From the sequence record OQ446694.1: 64,000 bases of DNA; one strand, written 5' to 3'. Origin of the DNA: Escherichia phage Killian. The position numbers and the translations under genes are program-made. Shown in pieces: positions 35,753 to 47,949 of this stretch (positions are counted from its first letter, which is position 1; every line of letters begins with the position of its first letter). The notes under the pieces are model-generated. The model was given only the letters and a program-made list of their open reading frames with translations. It was not told where the DNA came from and made no database searches.

Positions 35753-36591
35753 TAGAATGCTCCTTGGAAAATATTATCACCGCTAGTAGGTCTATTATAC
35801 AAATACTCTATGCCACCAGGTTTAATATAGTTCCATGTCTGAAATGGATGTGTCTGATATGGATGATATAGATGATTATAAGGATTAAATCCAGGCGTTC
35901 TCCAGGTAGTGTTCCAAGGAAAAGAATCGTTTTTAACCATCTTCTCAATTAAATCTTTTACAGCTTTTTCACTATCAAAACTTTCTTTATTTTCCTTCGG
36001 CGAAAAAAGCTTATTTTCTACATCATTCCATGTATAAACTCGCTGAGCAGTTTTTGGAATATTGTCACGCTCTCCTCGAGCCATCCAATAAACAGGAACA
36101 TTTAATATTTCACTCGCATGATCGCAGTGATGAGCGAGATCGTCAATATAACAAATTACGTTATATTTCTCTTTTGCCTTTTTAAACAACTCTTCTTTTG
36201 AAGAATCATGACCACACATCATTACTTCTGAGAAGGCACCAGGAAAAAGAGCATTCAAATTAAATTGACGATTCAACAGAGCGTCAATAGAATCACCCAA
36301 TGCTGTGACAGCTACAAAATTATAATCTTCTTTTAATTTGTTAATTACACACAGTGCATCTTTATATGGAGACAAGTAACGAATAAAATCTGATCGATTA
36401 TATTTTTCAATTAGCTTGACACCGAGTTCTTCATCACAATTAAAGAGTTTACCTGGAGAAATAAATTTCTCATCTTGGATCATTTTTAAAATATGTTCTA
36501 ACGGAAGATTATATTTCTGAGCAAAATAAGGAAGACCTGATTGCCAGCTTAAACATACTCCATCAATATCAGTTAAAATAGTAGGCTTCAT
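35752..36591 (-). CDS. HAD-superfamily phosphatase-like protein (30.2 position)
   Basis: 279 aa; N-terminal ILTDIDGV (HAD motif I, DxDG) and later YIDD motif. Confidence 0.65.
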   Translation of the reverse strand: MKPTILTDIDGVCLSWQSGLPYFAQKYNLPLEHILKMIQDEKFISPGKLFNCDEELGVKLIEKYNRSDFIRYLSPYKDALCVINKLKEDYNFVAVTALGDSIDALLNRQFNLNALFPGAFSEVMMCGHDSSKEELFKKAKEKYNVICYIDDLAHHCDHASEILNVPVYWMARGERDNIPKTAQRVYTWNDVENKLFSPKENKESFDSEKAVKDLIEKMVKNDSFPWNTTWRTPGFNPYNHLYHPYQTHPFQTWNYIKPGGIEYLYNRPTSGDNIFQGAF

Positions 36592-37052
36592 AGAGAGTCT
36601 CTTAATAGGTTTAACACATCAATAAATTCAGCTTCGGTTAGTATTGTATCATCTTTTGTTAGACCACTAGCCATGCTGTGCTTCAAAACTTTTCCTTTCG
36701 AGGCTTGTAATGCATCACGAAAGCCCCTGTTTTGGAACGCTGCTTCAAAATATGCATTTGTGTATAATTCTTTCCACGCTGGAGAGTATCTTGAAAACTG
36801 AACTCCAAGCCAGAAGAGGGTCCCACGGTCCTGAGCTCTAGCATAAGCTCGTCCAGCTTGTTGGGCGGCAAGCCCGGATAACCCAAATATACGATGTTGC
36901 TGTTCAACATTTTTCACCTTGCATCCTTGGAGGAATCCTTCGAGACCTCCAAATTGGATACCATCCATAACAAAAGGCCATTGGGCGAAATTACTTAATG
37001 CACATGATGGCCATCTAAAATTGCTTCTAATCTCTAACTCAGACATTTTCAA
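36588..37052 (-). CDS. NADAR / YbiA-family protein (30.3 position)
   Basis: 154 aa; LSNFAQWPFVMDG...EGFLQGCK parallels the E. coli YbiA signature FSNFAAWPIKVDG...EHYFQAQK. Confidence 0.7.
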   Translation of the reverse strand: MKMSELEIRSNFRWPSCALSNFAQWPFVMDGIQFGGLEGFLQGCKVKNVEQQHRIFGLSGLAAQQAGRAYARAQDRGTLFWLGVQFSRYSPAWKELYTNAYFEAAFQNRGFRDALQASKGKVLKHSMASGLTKDDTILTEAEFIDVLNLLRDSL

Positions 37053-37254
37053 TACTTATAATTTCAACATCAGCCCAATGACCGTAACTTGGTAAACGGT
37101 CTTCAATAGATAATCCGCCATCATATTTAAGCATTTTAATTGTCATAATATATGGCTCTAAATGGTCTTCAGTGAGCGGAGAGACATCAGTCACACGATA
37201 AGTAACTTCGACCATTTCCGTGCCCAGTAATTTCTTGATTAATTTCTTAAACAT
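37039..37254 (-). CDS. Hypothetical protein (30.4 position)
   Basis: 71-aa ORF in the operon. Confidence 0.5.
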   Translation of the reverse strand: MFKKLIKKLLGTEMVEVTYRVTDVSPLTEDHLEPYIMTIKMLKYDGGLSIEDRLPSYGHWADVEIISIENV

Positions 37255-37258
37255 TTTA

Positions 37259-37546
37259 TTAGAACCTCATCTGAAAACCGTGCGATTTAACACTACCGCC
37301 GCCAATATCAGAAATATTAATTTCACGCGCAATTGAAGGGTCAATGTCAATTTCACGATTGAGTTTAGTGATAGCTAAAGTATCGCGGCCATTTACAGTA
37401 CGGAACTCTAAAGGGCAGACTACATTAACATAGTTTTTAATCGATTCACTGGTAGGTTGCAAATGAGCAGGAAGGTCTTTAGGCGCCTTAGAGAAAACCA
37501 CTTCACAGAAATTTTTGCGGGTATCAAAATAAGTAGTCATAAACAT
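37259..37546 (-). CDS. Hypothetical protein (30.5 position)
   Basis: 95-aa ORF. Confidence 0.5.
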   Translation of the reverse strand: MFMTTYFDTRKNFCEVVFSKAPKDLPAHLQPTSESIKNYVNVVCPLEFRTVNGRDTLAITKLNREIDIDPSIAREINISDIGGGSVKSHGFQMRF

Positions 37547-37587
37547 AGTATTTTCCTCAGTAAGGGGCCGAAGCCCCTCATTTTATT

Positions 37588-37953
37588 TTAAATATCAAAT
37601 TCGTTAAGAACTACATCAAAGATTGCTTCAAGATGCTCAGGTTTAGCTCTGTTACTCAGAATATGACGAATCCAAGTTTTAACCAGAAGCTTGCGATTAA
37701 CACCATTCCAGCAAGGATGAGTCCCTAAATCGCGTTGACGAAAATCATCATCCAAAGCGATTTTGAAGTTGGAACCTTCCATTGTGATTGAAACCGTGAT
37801 GCCATTTTCAAATCGCATATAAACGTAGTTAGGAGTCATATACTGTTCAATTTCGCATACTGATCCATTTTGATGTTTCCAAAGGCAAATAGTATCAATA
37901 GAACCTGCAATACCATTAGAAACATATTTACGTTCAAAGTTGATGTAGTTCAT
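37588..37953 (-). CDS. Hypothetical protein (30.7-like)
   Basis: 121-aa ORF. Confidence 0.5.
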   Translation of the reverse strand: MNYINFERKYVSNGIAGSIDTICLWKHQNGSVCEIEQYMTPNYVYMRFENGITVSITMEGSNFKIALDDDFRQRDLGTHPCWNGVNRKLLVKTWIRHILSNRAKPEHLEAIFDVVLNEFDI

Positions 37954-38021
37954 TTTTATTCTCCGAGCTGTTTAATTGCGGTACAGGTATATAATATCAT
38001 ATCCTGTACCAAAGTAAACAA

Positions 38022-38354
38022 TTATTTTACTACTTTCCAGTGCTGCATGTCAAGTTTACCAACTTTTTTCATCTTCTCAATTAAGCGTTCGGCGCGTTGG
38101 CGAGCTGTAACATAATACCATTCACCCAATTCATTTTGTTCAATTTTTCCAACGATTACTGTATTCAATTCATAAATCCAACCAGTAAAGAAATTATGAA
38201 CTTGAATTGTAAAGGTGAAATCTGTTCCCATACCTTCTGTTGTTTCTACTTCAATAATATCACCTTCAACTGCCATTAAGAACCACATAGTTTCATCATA
38301 TTTACCATTGAAGCATTTAGTTTTAACTGCAGCGTTCAGATTAATCGTTTTCAT
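38022..38354 (-). CDS. Hypothetical protein (30.8-like)
   Basis: 110-aa ORF. Confidence 0.5.
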   Translation of the reverse strand: MKTINLNAAVKTKCFNGKYDETMWFLMAVEGDIIEVETTEGMGTDFTFTIQVHNFFTGWIYELNTVIVGKIEQNELGEWYYVTARQRAERLIEKMKKVGKLDMQHWKVVK

Positions 38355-38430
38355 TTTATTCTCCTTTGTTTGTGTAAGATAATACTATCACAAAGGAACC
38401 ATACTGTAAACAACTTTGTGCAGTCTTTGG

Positions 38431-38460
38431 AAAATAAAAAAGGACTCCCGAAGGAGTCCT
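38431..38460 (-). terminator. Rho-independent terminator AGGACTCC-CGAA-GGAGTCCT plus U-tract after the small basic protein gene
   Basis: 8-bp stem; plus-strand AAAATAAAAA gives a U-run after the hairpin on the minus-strand transcript. Confidence 0.65.
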
Positions 38461-38464
38461 CAAC

Positions 38465-38641
38465 TTATGCTTTCTGCTTACCAAAACGAGAAGCATCATC
38501 TCGAAGAACCGCACGTGCTCGGCGCATGATCTTCTCAACAGTTTGATTGATACGAGAGTTCGACCCACGCTTGTAACCAGCGCGTTTAGAATCACCAACT
38601 TTCTTTTCAACTGCTTTCTTTGCTTTAGCTTGTTTTGCCAT
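38465..38641 (-). CDS. Small highly basic protein (30.9 position)
   Basis: 58 aa from the internal ATG (MAKQAKAKK...), K/R-rich; the longer track start at 38683 would run through the rIII-distal hairpin. Confidence 0.55.
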   Translation of the reverse strand: MAKQAKAKKAVEKKVGDSKRAGYKRGSNSRINQTVEKIMRRARAVLRDDASRFGKQKA

Positions 38642-38761
38642 TATAAATTCTCTTTTAAATGAAAATGCAGGACTTATTGGCATTGCCTGCGCAAGCCCTC
38701 AAGGGGAACATAGGTTTTTGAATATTTAACGACCAGGATAACCATAAACCCGTCATCATAC

Positions 38762-39010
38762 TTACTTCAGTGTTACCACAAAATGACGAACTGCTTTTCG
38801 TGCAGCAGAAGCCAGTGGCTTAGCATATTTAAGTTCATCTTTTTCCTGAAGCTCAGCAGCTAATGCAGTTTGAGCAGGATTTAGATGTTTGAAATAACGC
38901 AGGATTTCAAGAGCTTCGGCTTCAACATCAATAGATGCGCCATAGTTTTCGTGACCATTATTCCATGCGTTTCGTTGCAGTTCAAGAGCGTGTTGTAATT
39001 GTTTAATCAT
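38762..39010 (-). CDS. rIII: Lysis-inhibition accessory protein rIII
   Basis: 82 aa (T4 rIII is 82 aa), directly downstream of gene 31 on the minus strand. Confidence 0.75.
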   Translation of the reverse strand: MIKQLQHALELQRNAWNNGHENYGASIDVEAEALEILRYFKHLNPAQTALAAELQEKDELKYAKPLASAARKAVRHFVVTLK

Positions 39011-39157
39011 TTAAAAATTCTCGTTAGAGATTAAAACTCGGTAGTCACGTTCTTCTGAATTTCATCTTCTTTCGACAGATCTCTCAGTTGTAGACTACCA
39101 CATAGAATTGTTCGGTTAACTTATTATTCCGACACCCAATTCATATTATTATTTATA

Positions 39158-39493
39158 TCACTTATAAAGACACGGAATAGCTTTATAGTGACAGGTAACG
39201 AATTTTTGTTTAATTTCTTTTGGCTGCTTAAGACCCAGAGCTACAAAAGGATGCGGAACGTTTCGAATTTGACCAACTGGAAGAGAAGTCAAATCACCAA
39301 CTTCACAGAAACCTTCAGGAACATCAGGACCAACAGAGTGAACTACACACAGTTCAGGAACTTCACCTTGAACACGTTTACCGATAATAAGTCCTGATTC
39401 TGTAACTTCTTCATCACCGGCTTGTGCAGGTTCAGAAACTAAAATAACATATTCACCGACAGCACGAATTGGTAGCTGTTGTACTTCAGACAT
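39158..39493 (-). CDS. 31: Co-chaperonin gp31 (GroES analogue)
   Basis: 111 aa, same as T4 gp31; synteny with rIII and cd. Confidence 0.9.
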
Positions 39494-39549
39494 CGTTTTT
39501 CCTTTTTGTTAACAGATGAATTAATAATAACAAATAATTCTTAAAGCAT

Positions 39550-39858
39550 TTATTTACCAATAAATTGAAGCAAATGCTCAGCTTTCATACCATTAACGGA
39601 AATCAATTTGTCAATAGAAAAACCTCGCCATGCACCAAGCTCAACATCAAATACTGGAATCATATCAGTAGATTCTTTCCGAGCAGATTCAGTCAATTTA
39701 CCAGTTTGCATGGTTGGCATAAAGTCCGCATCACGAGTGCCTTTCATAGTACGAATAGTACCATCAGACTTTTCAAAAACTACGTTTGAAATCCCCATGG
39801 ACAATTTAGTTTTCAAAATTTCACGAATTGCTACTTTTTGTTCAGTCGTTAGTTTCAT
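39550..39858 (-). CDS. Hypothetical protein (31.1 position)
   Basis: 102-aa ORF. Confidence 0.55.
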   Translation of the reverse strand: MKLTTEQKVAIREILKTKLSMGISNVVFEKSDGTIRTMKGTRDADFMPTMQTGKLTESARKESTDMIPVFDVELGAWRGFSIDKLISVNGMKAEHLLQFIGK

Positions 39859-40095
39859 TTATTTACCTATTACAGTTTTAATATGGGTTGTTCCACGTTC
39901 TTTAAGAGTGGAAAGCAATTTTTGGCATTTTTCTAAATCAGATTTCCAACTATACGGCCTATCAATACAAACCCATTCTGACTTATAATACTGCTTCCAT
40001 TTAGAGAAAAAATATTTCTTATACTCTACAGCAAATGAAATGTTCTCGTTAGAATAAGAACTAATTGCTGTGAGCTGTACCAAACGAAATTTCAT
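39859..40095 (-). CDS. Hypothetical protein (31.2 position)
   Basis: 78-aa ORF. Confidence 0.5.
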   Translation of the reverse strand: MKFRLVQLTAISSYSNENISFAVEYKKYFFSKWKQYYKSEWVCIDRPYSWKSDLEKCQKLLSTLKERGTTHIKTVIGK

Positions 40096-40676
40096 TATTC
40101 ACCACAGAATTCGTTGATGTTTTCCCAGTTTAACTTATTCAAGTTTTTCTTAGGAACATTAAACACTTCAATACCTGCATTTCGCAGAATATCATCCCAG
40201 CCAGGTTTATTTTTATCGTATGTTTCGCAATAAACCAGCTTTTTAATACCAGATTGAGCTATCGCTTTTGCGCAATCTGGGCAAGGAGAAAGTGTTACAT
40301 ACATAGTAGCACCTTCAATTGAAGAACCATTTCGTGCAGCAAACAAAATCGCATTTAGTTCAGCATGAATTTCATTTTTAGACGACCATTCAGAGTGAGC
40401 ACTACGGTGTTCTTTCGCTAAGACAAAACGATCAGTTGAACCAAACGATACACATTCAGGCTTATGGCCTTGAATGATAGTATGTTTAGGCTTATTCAGC
40501 AACCAACCTTGCTCAGCAGCATAATCACAACAGTTCACACCCCCGGCAGGTGAACCATTATATCCGGTAGAAATAATACGTCCATTCTTTTCAATTACTG
40601 CTCCTACCTTCCAGGAGCAACATTTTGATTCTTGCGATACTAAATATGCAATTTGAAGTACTGTACTCGCTTTCAT
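40095..40676 (-). CDS. cd: dCMP deaminase
   Basis: 193 aa; zinc-binding deaminase motifs HAELNAI and PCPDC. Confidence 0.95.
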   Translation of the reverse strand: MKASTVLQIAYLVSQESKCCSWKVGAVIEKNGRIISTGYNGSPAGGVNCCDYAAEQGWLLNKPKHTIIQGHKPECVSFGSTDRFVLAKEHRSAHSEWSSKNEIHAELNAILFAARNGSSIEGATMYVTLSPCPDCAKAIAQSGIKKLVYCETYDKNKPGWDDILRNAGIEVFNVPKKNLNKLNWENINEFCGE

Positions 40677-41011
40677 TTCATAATCACCAGATAAGCAGAT
40701 TTAGCAGTTTCAACACGATAAATTTCGTGACGAAGTTTAGTTATACTTTTAATAACAGAACTAATTATATTCTGCCCATCTTTAAAGCGGTTTTTCTTAT
40801 CAATAAAAATTGCGCCAACAATCTTTTTGTGAAGCTCAACTGGATACTTCGTCACAATAATAGCATCATACACAGAAGGATGAATACTATTCACTAGAGT
40901 GTCATTCATTAAAGTTATTCTAATGAACTGTGCTGTTTCAGAATCAAGCGCTCTATGATCGCCAGTATCATTTTCAAGACAATTATCAATTATATCAGTT
41001 AAATTCATCAT
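40673..41011 (-). CDS. Hypothetical protein (cd.1 position)
   Basis: 112-aa ORF. Confidence 0.5.
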   Translation of the reverse strand: MMNLTDIIDNCLENDTGDHRALDSETAQFIRITLMNDTLVNSIHPSVYDAIIVTKYPVELHKKIVGAIFIDKKNRFKDGQNIISSVIKSITKLRHEIYRVETAKSAYLVIMK

Positions 41012-41244
41012 AGTACGCCATACACCCTTTGTGCTTCAACTAATCCATCAAAATCCAGTTTAAGATGTGTTATTTGGTCACCATCACCTGGATTCACAAT
41101 TACTAATACTGAACGAGGAGTTTCGGTAATAACACGAACCGATGTTTCAGGAAATCGTTCAGAAACCTTATTTACCAATTCCTGAGCAAATAGTTTAACT
41201 TTTTCTTGGAATTCTTTAACAGTAATTGGTTTTTCACTTAGCAT
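41008..41244 (-). CDS. Hypothetical protein (cd.2 position)
   Basis: 78-aa ORF. Confidence 0.5.
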   Translation of the reverse strand: MLSEKPITVKEFQEKVKLFAQELVNKVSERFPETSVRVITETPRSVLVIVNPGDGDQITHLKLDFDGLVEAQRVYGVL

Positions 41245-41768
41245 GTTGATCCCAGCTCCTTACTTTCAACGTTTTTAACTAATTTGACAGAAACTAATTC
41301 AGCATCTTGTGTAATCATTACCGGGCCTTCTTCATACTCTTCAAGATATTCTAGAGCTTTCTTTTTAGCTTCTTCCTTCGTATCAGTTTGAGCATAGATA
41401 TAAAACATGCAACCACCAGTAATACCTACTACTTTCCACTTAATTTCTTTATCAGTTTTAATTTCAAATTTACTGACAGAATCATCTTTTTGAACTTCTT
41501 CGAAAAAAGAATATTCTAACATATAAGCAATTGAAAATAGCGGGCTAACTTTATAGGATTCGCCCATTACATCAACAGCTTTATACCAGCGGTCATCAAT
41601 TTCGCGTTTAATGCTAATAACATTTTTCGCAGGATCTATTTTTACTTTAAATGAATTTTCCCCAATAAACTGGGCAATTCGTTTATTAGCCCCGCAAGTT
41701 TCATTAAAAATATCTTTATATCCAGCTTTAAAGCGATAAACCTTATCTTCTTCAAACCATTCGCTCAT
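41238..41768 (-). CDS. Hypothetical protein (cd.3 position)
   Basis: 176-aa ORF. Confidence 0.55.
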   Translation of the reverse strand: MSEWFEEDKVYRFKAGYKDIFNETCGANKRIAQFIGENSFKVKIDPAKNVISIKREIDDRWYKAVDVMGESYKVSPLFSIAYMLEYSFFEEVQKDDSVSKFEIKTDKEIKWKVVGITGGCMFYIYAQTDTKEEAKKKALEYLEEYEEGPVMITQDAELVSVKLVKNVESKELGSTC

Positions 41769-41830
41769 TTCAATTTCCTCATTTGTTTTGGTAGAGCTAT
41801 AATATCACAACTCTACCATAAAGTAAACTA

Positions 41831-42106
41831 TTAAATTGCTTTGAATTCTGATGTCTGCGATTCAAAACGAATATCACCTTTGATGACTAGCTCAGCGTCA
41901 AGACCGAATACGACAATGATATGCGCGGAACCTGGATACAGCGTAATGGCAATAGAATCCACCTGGTCTGGAAGCAAAGTGTTCAATACATGAGTCACTT
42001 GAGCATGAATTCGAAGCTCGGCAGCGTTATCAAGCTTTTCAAACATATTATTAGCAATAATTTGGCTAAACACTACTTCTACGATTTTAGAATAAGTCGG
42101 AAACAT
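41831..42106 (-). CDS. Hypothetical protein (cd.4 position)
   Basis: 91-aa ORF. Confidence 0.5.
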   Translation of the reverse strand: MFPTYSKIVEVVFSQIIANNMFEKLDNAAELRIHAQVTHVLNTLLPDQVDSIAITLYPGSAHIIVVFGLDAELVIKGDIRFESQTSEFKAI

Positions 42107-42108
42107 AT

Positions 42109-42309
42109 TTACCTCACATAATTTTCTTCAAGCCAATCAATAACATCCAATGCATTATCAAAAGTTGAACCATCTACTTTATCTTCTGTTTCATAATCAA
42201 GAACATCTAAGCCTACTCTTCCATCAACAATAGGCCATAAACAAAATAGATATTTCTTTTCTTTTTCAATTTTATCACAAAGTCGATAAATCTTTTCTAT
42301 GTTATTCAT
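42109..42309 (-). CDS. Hypothetical protein (cd.5 position)
   Basis: 66-aa ORF. Confidence 0.5.
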   Translation of the reverse strand: MNNIEKIYRLCDKIEKEKKYLFCLWPIVDGRVGLDVLDYETEDKVDGSTFDNALDVIDWLEENYVR

Positions 42310-42498
42310 AAGTTTTCCATGGTAAAGGCAGTTTAGTTTTCTTTACTGTTAGTTCAATATCAGGATTCTTTTCTCTTAATTTAAGGCATTCCTCCCAAGC
42401 TCTGATTTCACTAGTGAATACACAAAACTGCCCATTACTAGTACCAACTAAACCACTATTTACAATAACAATAGACCAAGTTTCATGATGCCACGCCA

Positions 42499-42499
<1 letters not shown>
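42302..42499 (-). CDS. Hypothetical small protein downstream of pseT
   Basis: 65 aa from the ATG overlapping the pseT stop (TAATG); the longer track start would overlap pseT by 31 nt. Confidence 0.45.
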
Positions 42500-43720
<1,221 letters not shown>

Positions 43721-43724
<4 letters not shown>

Positions 43725-43957
43725 TTATTTTTCTCAACCAATGATTGAATATAATCATGCAGGTCTTTAGATGCTTTACCCCACTTATTTTGGTATTCAT
43801 TTTTAAGATTAGCACGTGATTGAGCTAATAAAACATCATTAGTTGGAGGTAAAGATTCTAATCGTTGAATCTGGCGTCCATAAATCATTGCAGCCATCTC
43901 AGATTCATAAATCAATCCTTTGAGATGTTCAAATTGATGCCATGAAATCATTTGCAT
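43721..43957 (-). CDS. Hypothetical protein
   Basis: 78-aa ORF. Confidence 0.5.
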
Positions 43958-44247
43958 TTATCCTCTTTTAGCTCTTGACGATAATAACATATCATAGTTT
44001 TCTGATCATGTACATATCGTTTTACATCATTAAGCCAAATACGAAATTCCTGGGAATCTTCAAATGGCATACCGACCCAAGCTTTACCATCAATAACTTT
44101 AACTTGCCAAGATAGTTTAGCTTCATCGTATGACTTTATTTGTACTGGCCAATTAGGATGAACTGTTTCTTTCTTTACTTCTAGAGGCTTTGTCGAACAA
44201 CCAACTAGAAGACCAATAGATAATATTACTGCTGATAGTTTAATCAT
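43948..44247 (-). CDS. Outer-membrane spanin (o-spanin) lipoprotein
   Basis: 99 aa; signal peptide with lipobox LLVGC; overlaps the upstream i-spanin-like gene. Confidence 0.7.
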   Translation of the reverse strand: MIKLSAVILSIGLLVGCSTKPLEVKKETVHPNWPVQIKSYDEAKLSWQVKVIDGKAWVGMPFEDSQEFRIWLNDVKRYVHDQKTMICYYRQELKEDKCK

Positions 44248-44597
44248 TTAGAAAGGTCCTGGATGTCTTCTGCGAACTTATTGAAGGAGTTGTTGATTTG
44301 TTTTTCAACCAATCCTGGCTTATGAGCCACCACATCCGCCTTCTTTGCGTCTTTGCGCAGTTTTTCATTTTCACGCTCAATAGCAGCAATTGCCTCACGA
44401 TTTTTATTATTCATCGCATCAATATAATTATACTGAATTCGCAAATTATTTAATGCTAAAGCGTTTTCATTGGCCGTTTTTGTAATTTCAGTAACCGATG
44501 TTTCTAATCTTTCTACCTTATTTTTTAAAATAATAGATGTTCCGCCAAATGCTATTACAAGTAATAGCAATCCAGCTGTAAAATTACTTACATGCAT
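44244..44597 (-). CDS. Inner-membrane spanin (i-spanin)
   Basis: 117 aa; N-terminal transmembrane helix then coiled-coil-like region; adjacent to the lipoprotein gene. Confidence 0.7.
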   Translation of the reverse strand: MHVSNFTAGLLLLVIAFGGTSIILKNKVERLETSVTEITKTANENALALNNLRIQYNYIDAMNNKNREAIAAIERENEKLRKDAKKADVVAHKPGLVEKQINNSFNKFAEDIQDLSK

Positions 44598-45091
44598 AAA
44601 GTTTTAATAACCTCTACAATATCGTCTTGAGAAAGACCGTTAATTAAAATGTGATGTTCAGCCGGAGATTTAGAAATTTTAAAGCATGCCTCAACATCTT
44701 CTGCCATATCTGACGCGTTACGATTTGGATTACTAATTCCAAGACGATGTTTTCCAGTTAAAGGATTAACGATGATATAGCATTTACAGTTGTTAATATG
44801 AACATTAGGTTGAGTCTGATTAATGAATACATCACAATCATATTTCGCAAGCTGATTTTCTAAAAAGACTTTCATCTCCTCAACTGCATCAGGAAGCATA
44901 TCACGGGCTTGCTCAAGACGACGATTTCGATATTCTTTAATGGTCGTTTTCCGCTTGACTTGCTTAGCTAAATCTTTCTTAAGATCGGTGATATATCCAA
45001 CTCGACGATTTCCTTTAAATACAGAAATCCCATCTGTAGTATCACCGTATGCTTCAACGACCATTTCAGTAGTAATAAGCTGTAAATCCAT
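44588..45091 (-). CDS. alc: Alc, inhibitor of host transcription
   Basis: 167 aa from the second Met; position between spanins/pseT and rnlA as in T4. Confidence 0.8.
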   Translation of the reverse strand: MDLQLITTEMVVEAYGDTTDGISVFKGNRRVGYITDLKKDLAKQVKRKTTIKEYRNRRLEQARDMLPDAVEEMKVFLENQLAKYDCDVFINQTQPNVHINNCKCYIIVNPLTGKHRLGISNPNRNASDMAEDVEACFKISKSPAEHHILINGLSQDDIVEVIKTLCM

Positions 45092-45155
45092 CATAAAGTC
45101 CTCATGTTATGTCAGTAAGTCTACTGTAACACAACATGAGGGACTTGTAAACAGC

Positions 45156-46743
<1,588 letters not shown>

Positions 46744-46750
46744 AATAAAA

Positions 46751-46766
46751 TGGGCCTTGCGGCCCA
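46751..46766 (-). other. Intercistronic hairpin TGGGCC-TTGC-GGCCCA between nrdB and denA
   Basis: 6-bp GC stem in the 27-nt spacer. Confidence 0.4.
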
Positions 46767-46770
46767 CTCC

Positions 46771-47949
46771 TTAAAAATATTTTTTAAAACTCATCATAAC
46801 TTTATCATCAACATCATTATCAATCTGTGCAACAAGGTAAGATGACAGTTCTACTTCTTGTGGCGCGGATTGAACATTATCAGAATTAAGATATTCACGA
46901 ATCCAAGGATATGGATGTTTAACCGGAGCATCGGTAATTGGGCATGGAAGACCGCACTGTTTCATACGAGATACAGTTAAGTAATCAATAAAGCTCCGCA
47001 TGCTATTTGTATTTAATCCAGGAACATCACCATCTTTAAATAAATGAACTGCCCAGTCTTTTTCTTGACGGTTAACTTCCATGAAAATATCAACTGCTTC
47101 TTGTTCACACTCTTGAGCAATTTTAACCCATTCATCGCCATCAGTACCGGATTGAAGTTGACGAATAATATATTGGGTGCCTTTAAGGTGAAGCTGCTCA
47201 TCACGTGCAATGAACTTCATAATCTTGGCATTACCTTCCATGATTTCCATGTTCTTATGGAAGTTAAAGGTACATGCAAAAGATACATAAAAACGAATAG
47301 CTTCTAAGGCATTAATAACGTGCAAACAGAGGTAAAGAGATTTCATTAGTGCTCGTTTAGCTTCGGCTTCTTGTTTAATAGCTCGATTTAAACGAAAAAC
47401 AGCATCAGGAGATTCTTTAGCTAGTTCTGTAAATTCTTTAGCATTTTCCCATTCACGGGTTTTAGTCAGAACATCATCATAATAGCGACCGATAGATTCA
47501 GCACGTTTCATGATAGCTTCATCTAGTACAATCTCATCAAATACCTTCGATGGATCAGTATAAAGATTTCGCATGATATGAGTATATGAACGACTGTGAA
47601 TAGTTTCACTAAAAGTCCATGTAGCAACCCATGTATCAAGACTTGGGTCTGAAATTAATGACATAAGTACAGCAGATGGCGCACGACCCTGAATGCTATC
47701 TAGAAGTGATTGATACTTCAGGTTATTAGTAAAAATATCTTGCTGATACTGAGGAAGCTTGTTAAATTGTGCAGCATCCATCATCAAGTTTACTTCTTCA
47801 GGACGCCAAAAAAATGATAAAGATTTCTCAATAAGTTCTTCAAATACTCTATGCCGTTGAATATCATATCGAGCTAAACCCAATCCAGAACCAAAAAACA
47901 TCGGCTCAGTTAAAATATTAACAGGGGATGTATTAAAAACTGTACTCAT
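46771..47949 (-). CDS. nrdB: Ribonucleotide reductase small subunit, intron-less
   Basis: 392 aa continuous ORF with di-iron ligand-type motifs; no interruption. Confidence 0.95.
   Translation of the reverse strand: MSTVFNTSPVNILTEPMFFGSGLGLARYDIQRHRVFEELIEKSLSFFWRPEEVNLMMDAAQFNKLPQYQQDIFTNNLKYQSLLDSIQGRAPSAVLMSLISDPSLDTWVATWTFSETIHSRSYTHIMRNLYTDPSKVFDEIVLDEAIMKRAESIGRYYDDVLTKTREWENAKEFTELAKESPDAVFRLNRAIKQEAEAKRALMKSLYLCLHVINALEAIRFYVSFACTFNFHKNMEIMEGNAKIMKFIARDEQLHLKGTQYIIRQLQSGTDGDEWVKIAQECEQEAVDIFMEVNRQEKDWAVHLFKDGDVPGLNTNSMRSFIDYLTVSRMKQCGLPCPITDAPVKHPYPWIREYLNSDNVQSAPQEVELSSYLVAQIDNDVDDKVMMSFKKYF

Noticed and set aside
37564-37577. GGGGC-CGAA-GCCCC hairpin as a minus-strand terminator
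   Set aside because: The U-tract is on the wrong side for the minus-strand transcript, so it is more likely an intercistronic stability or processing hairpin; kept as an observation only.
38356-38610. 84-aa minus-strand ORF overlapping the small basic protein gene
   Set aside because: It overlaps the better-supported basic ORF in another frame and runs through the terminator hairpin at 38431-38460.
38642-38683. Longer 72-aa start for the basic protein
   Set aside because: The extension has no RBS and runs through the hairpin at 38667-38690; the internal ATG is more plausible. Not certain.
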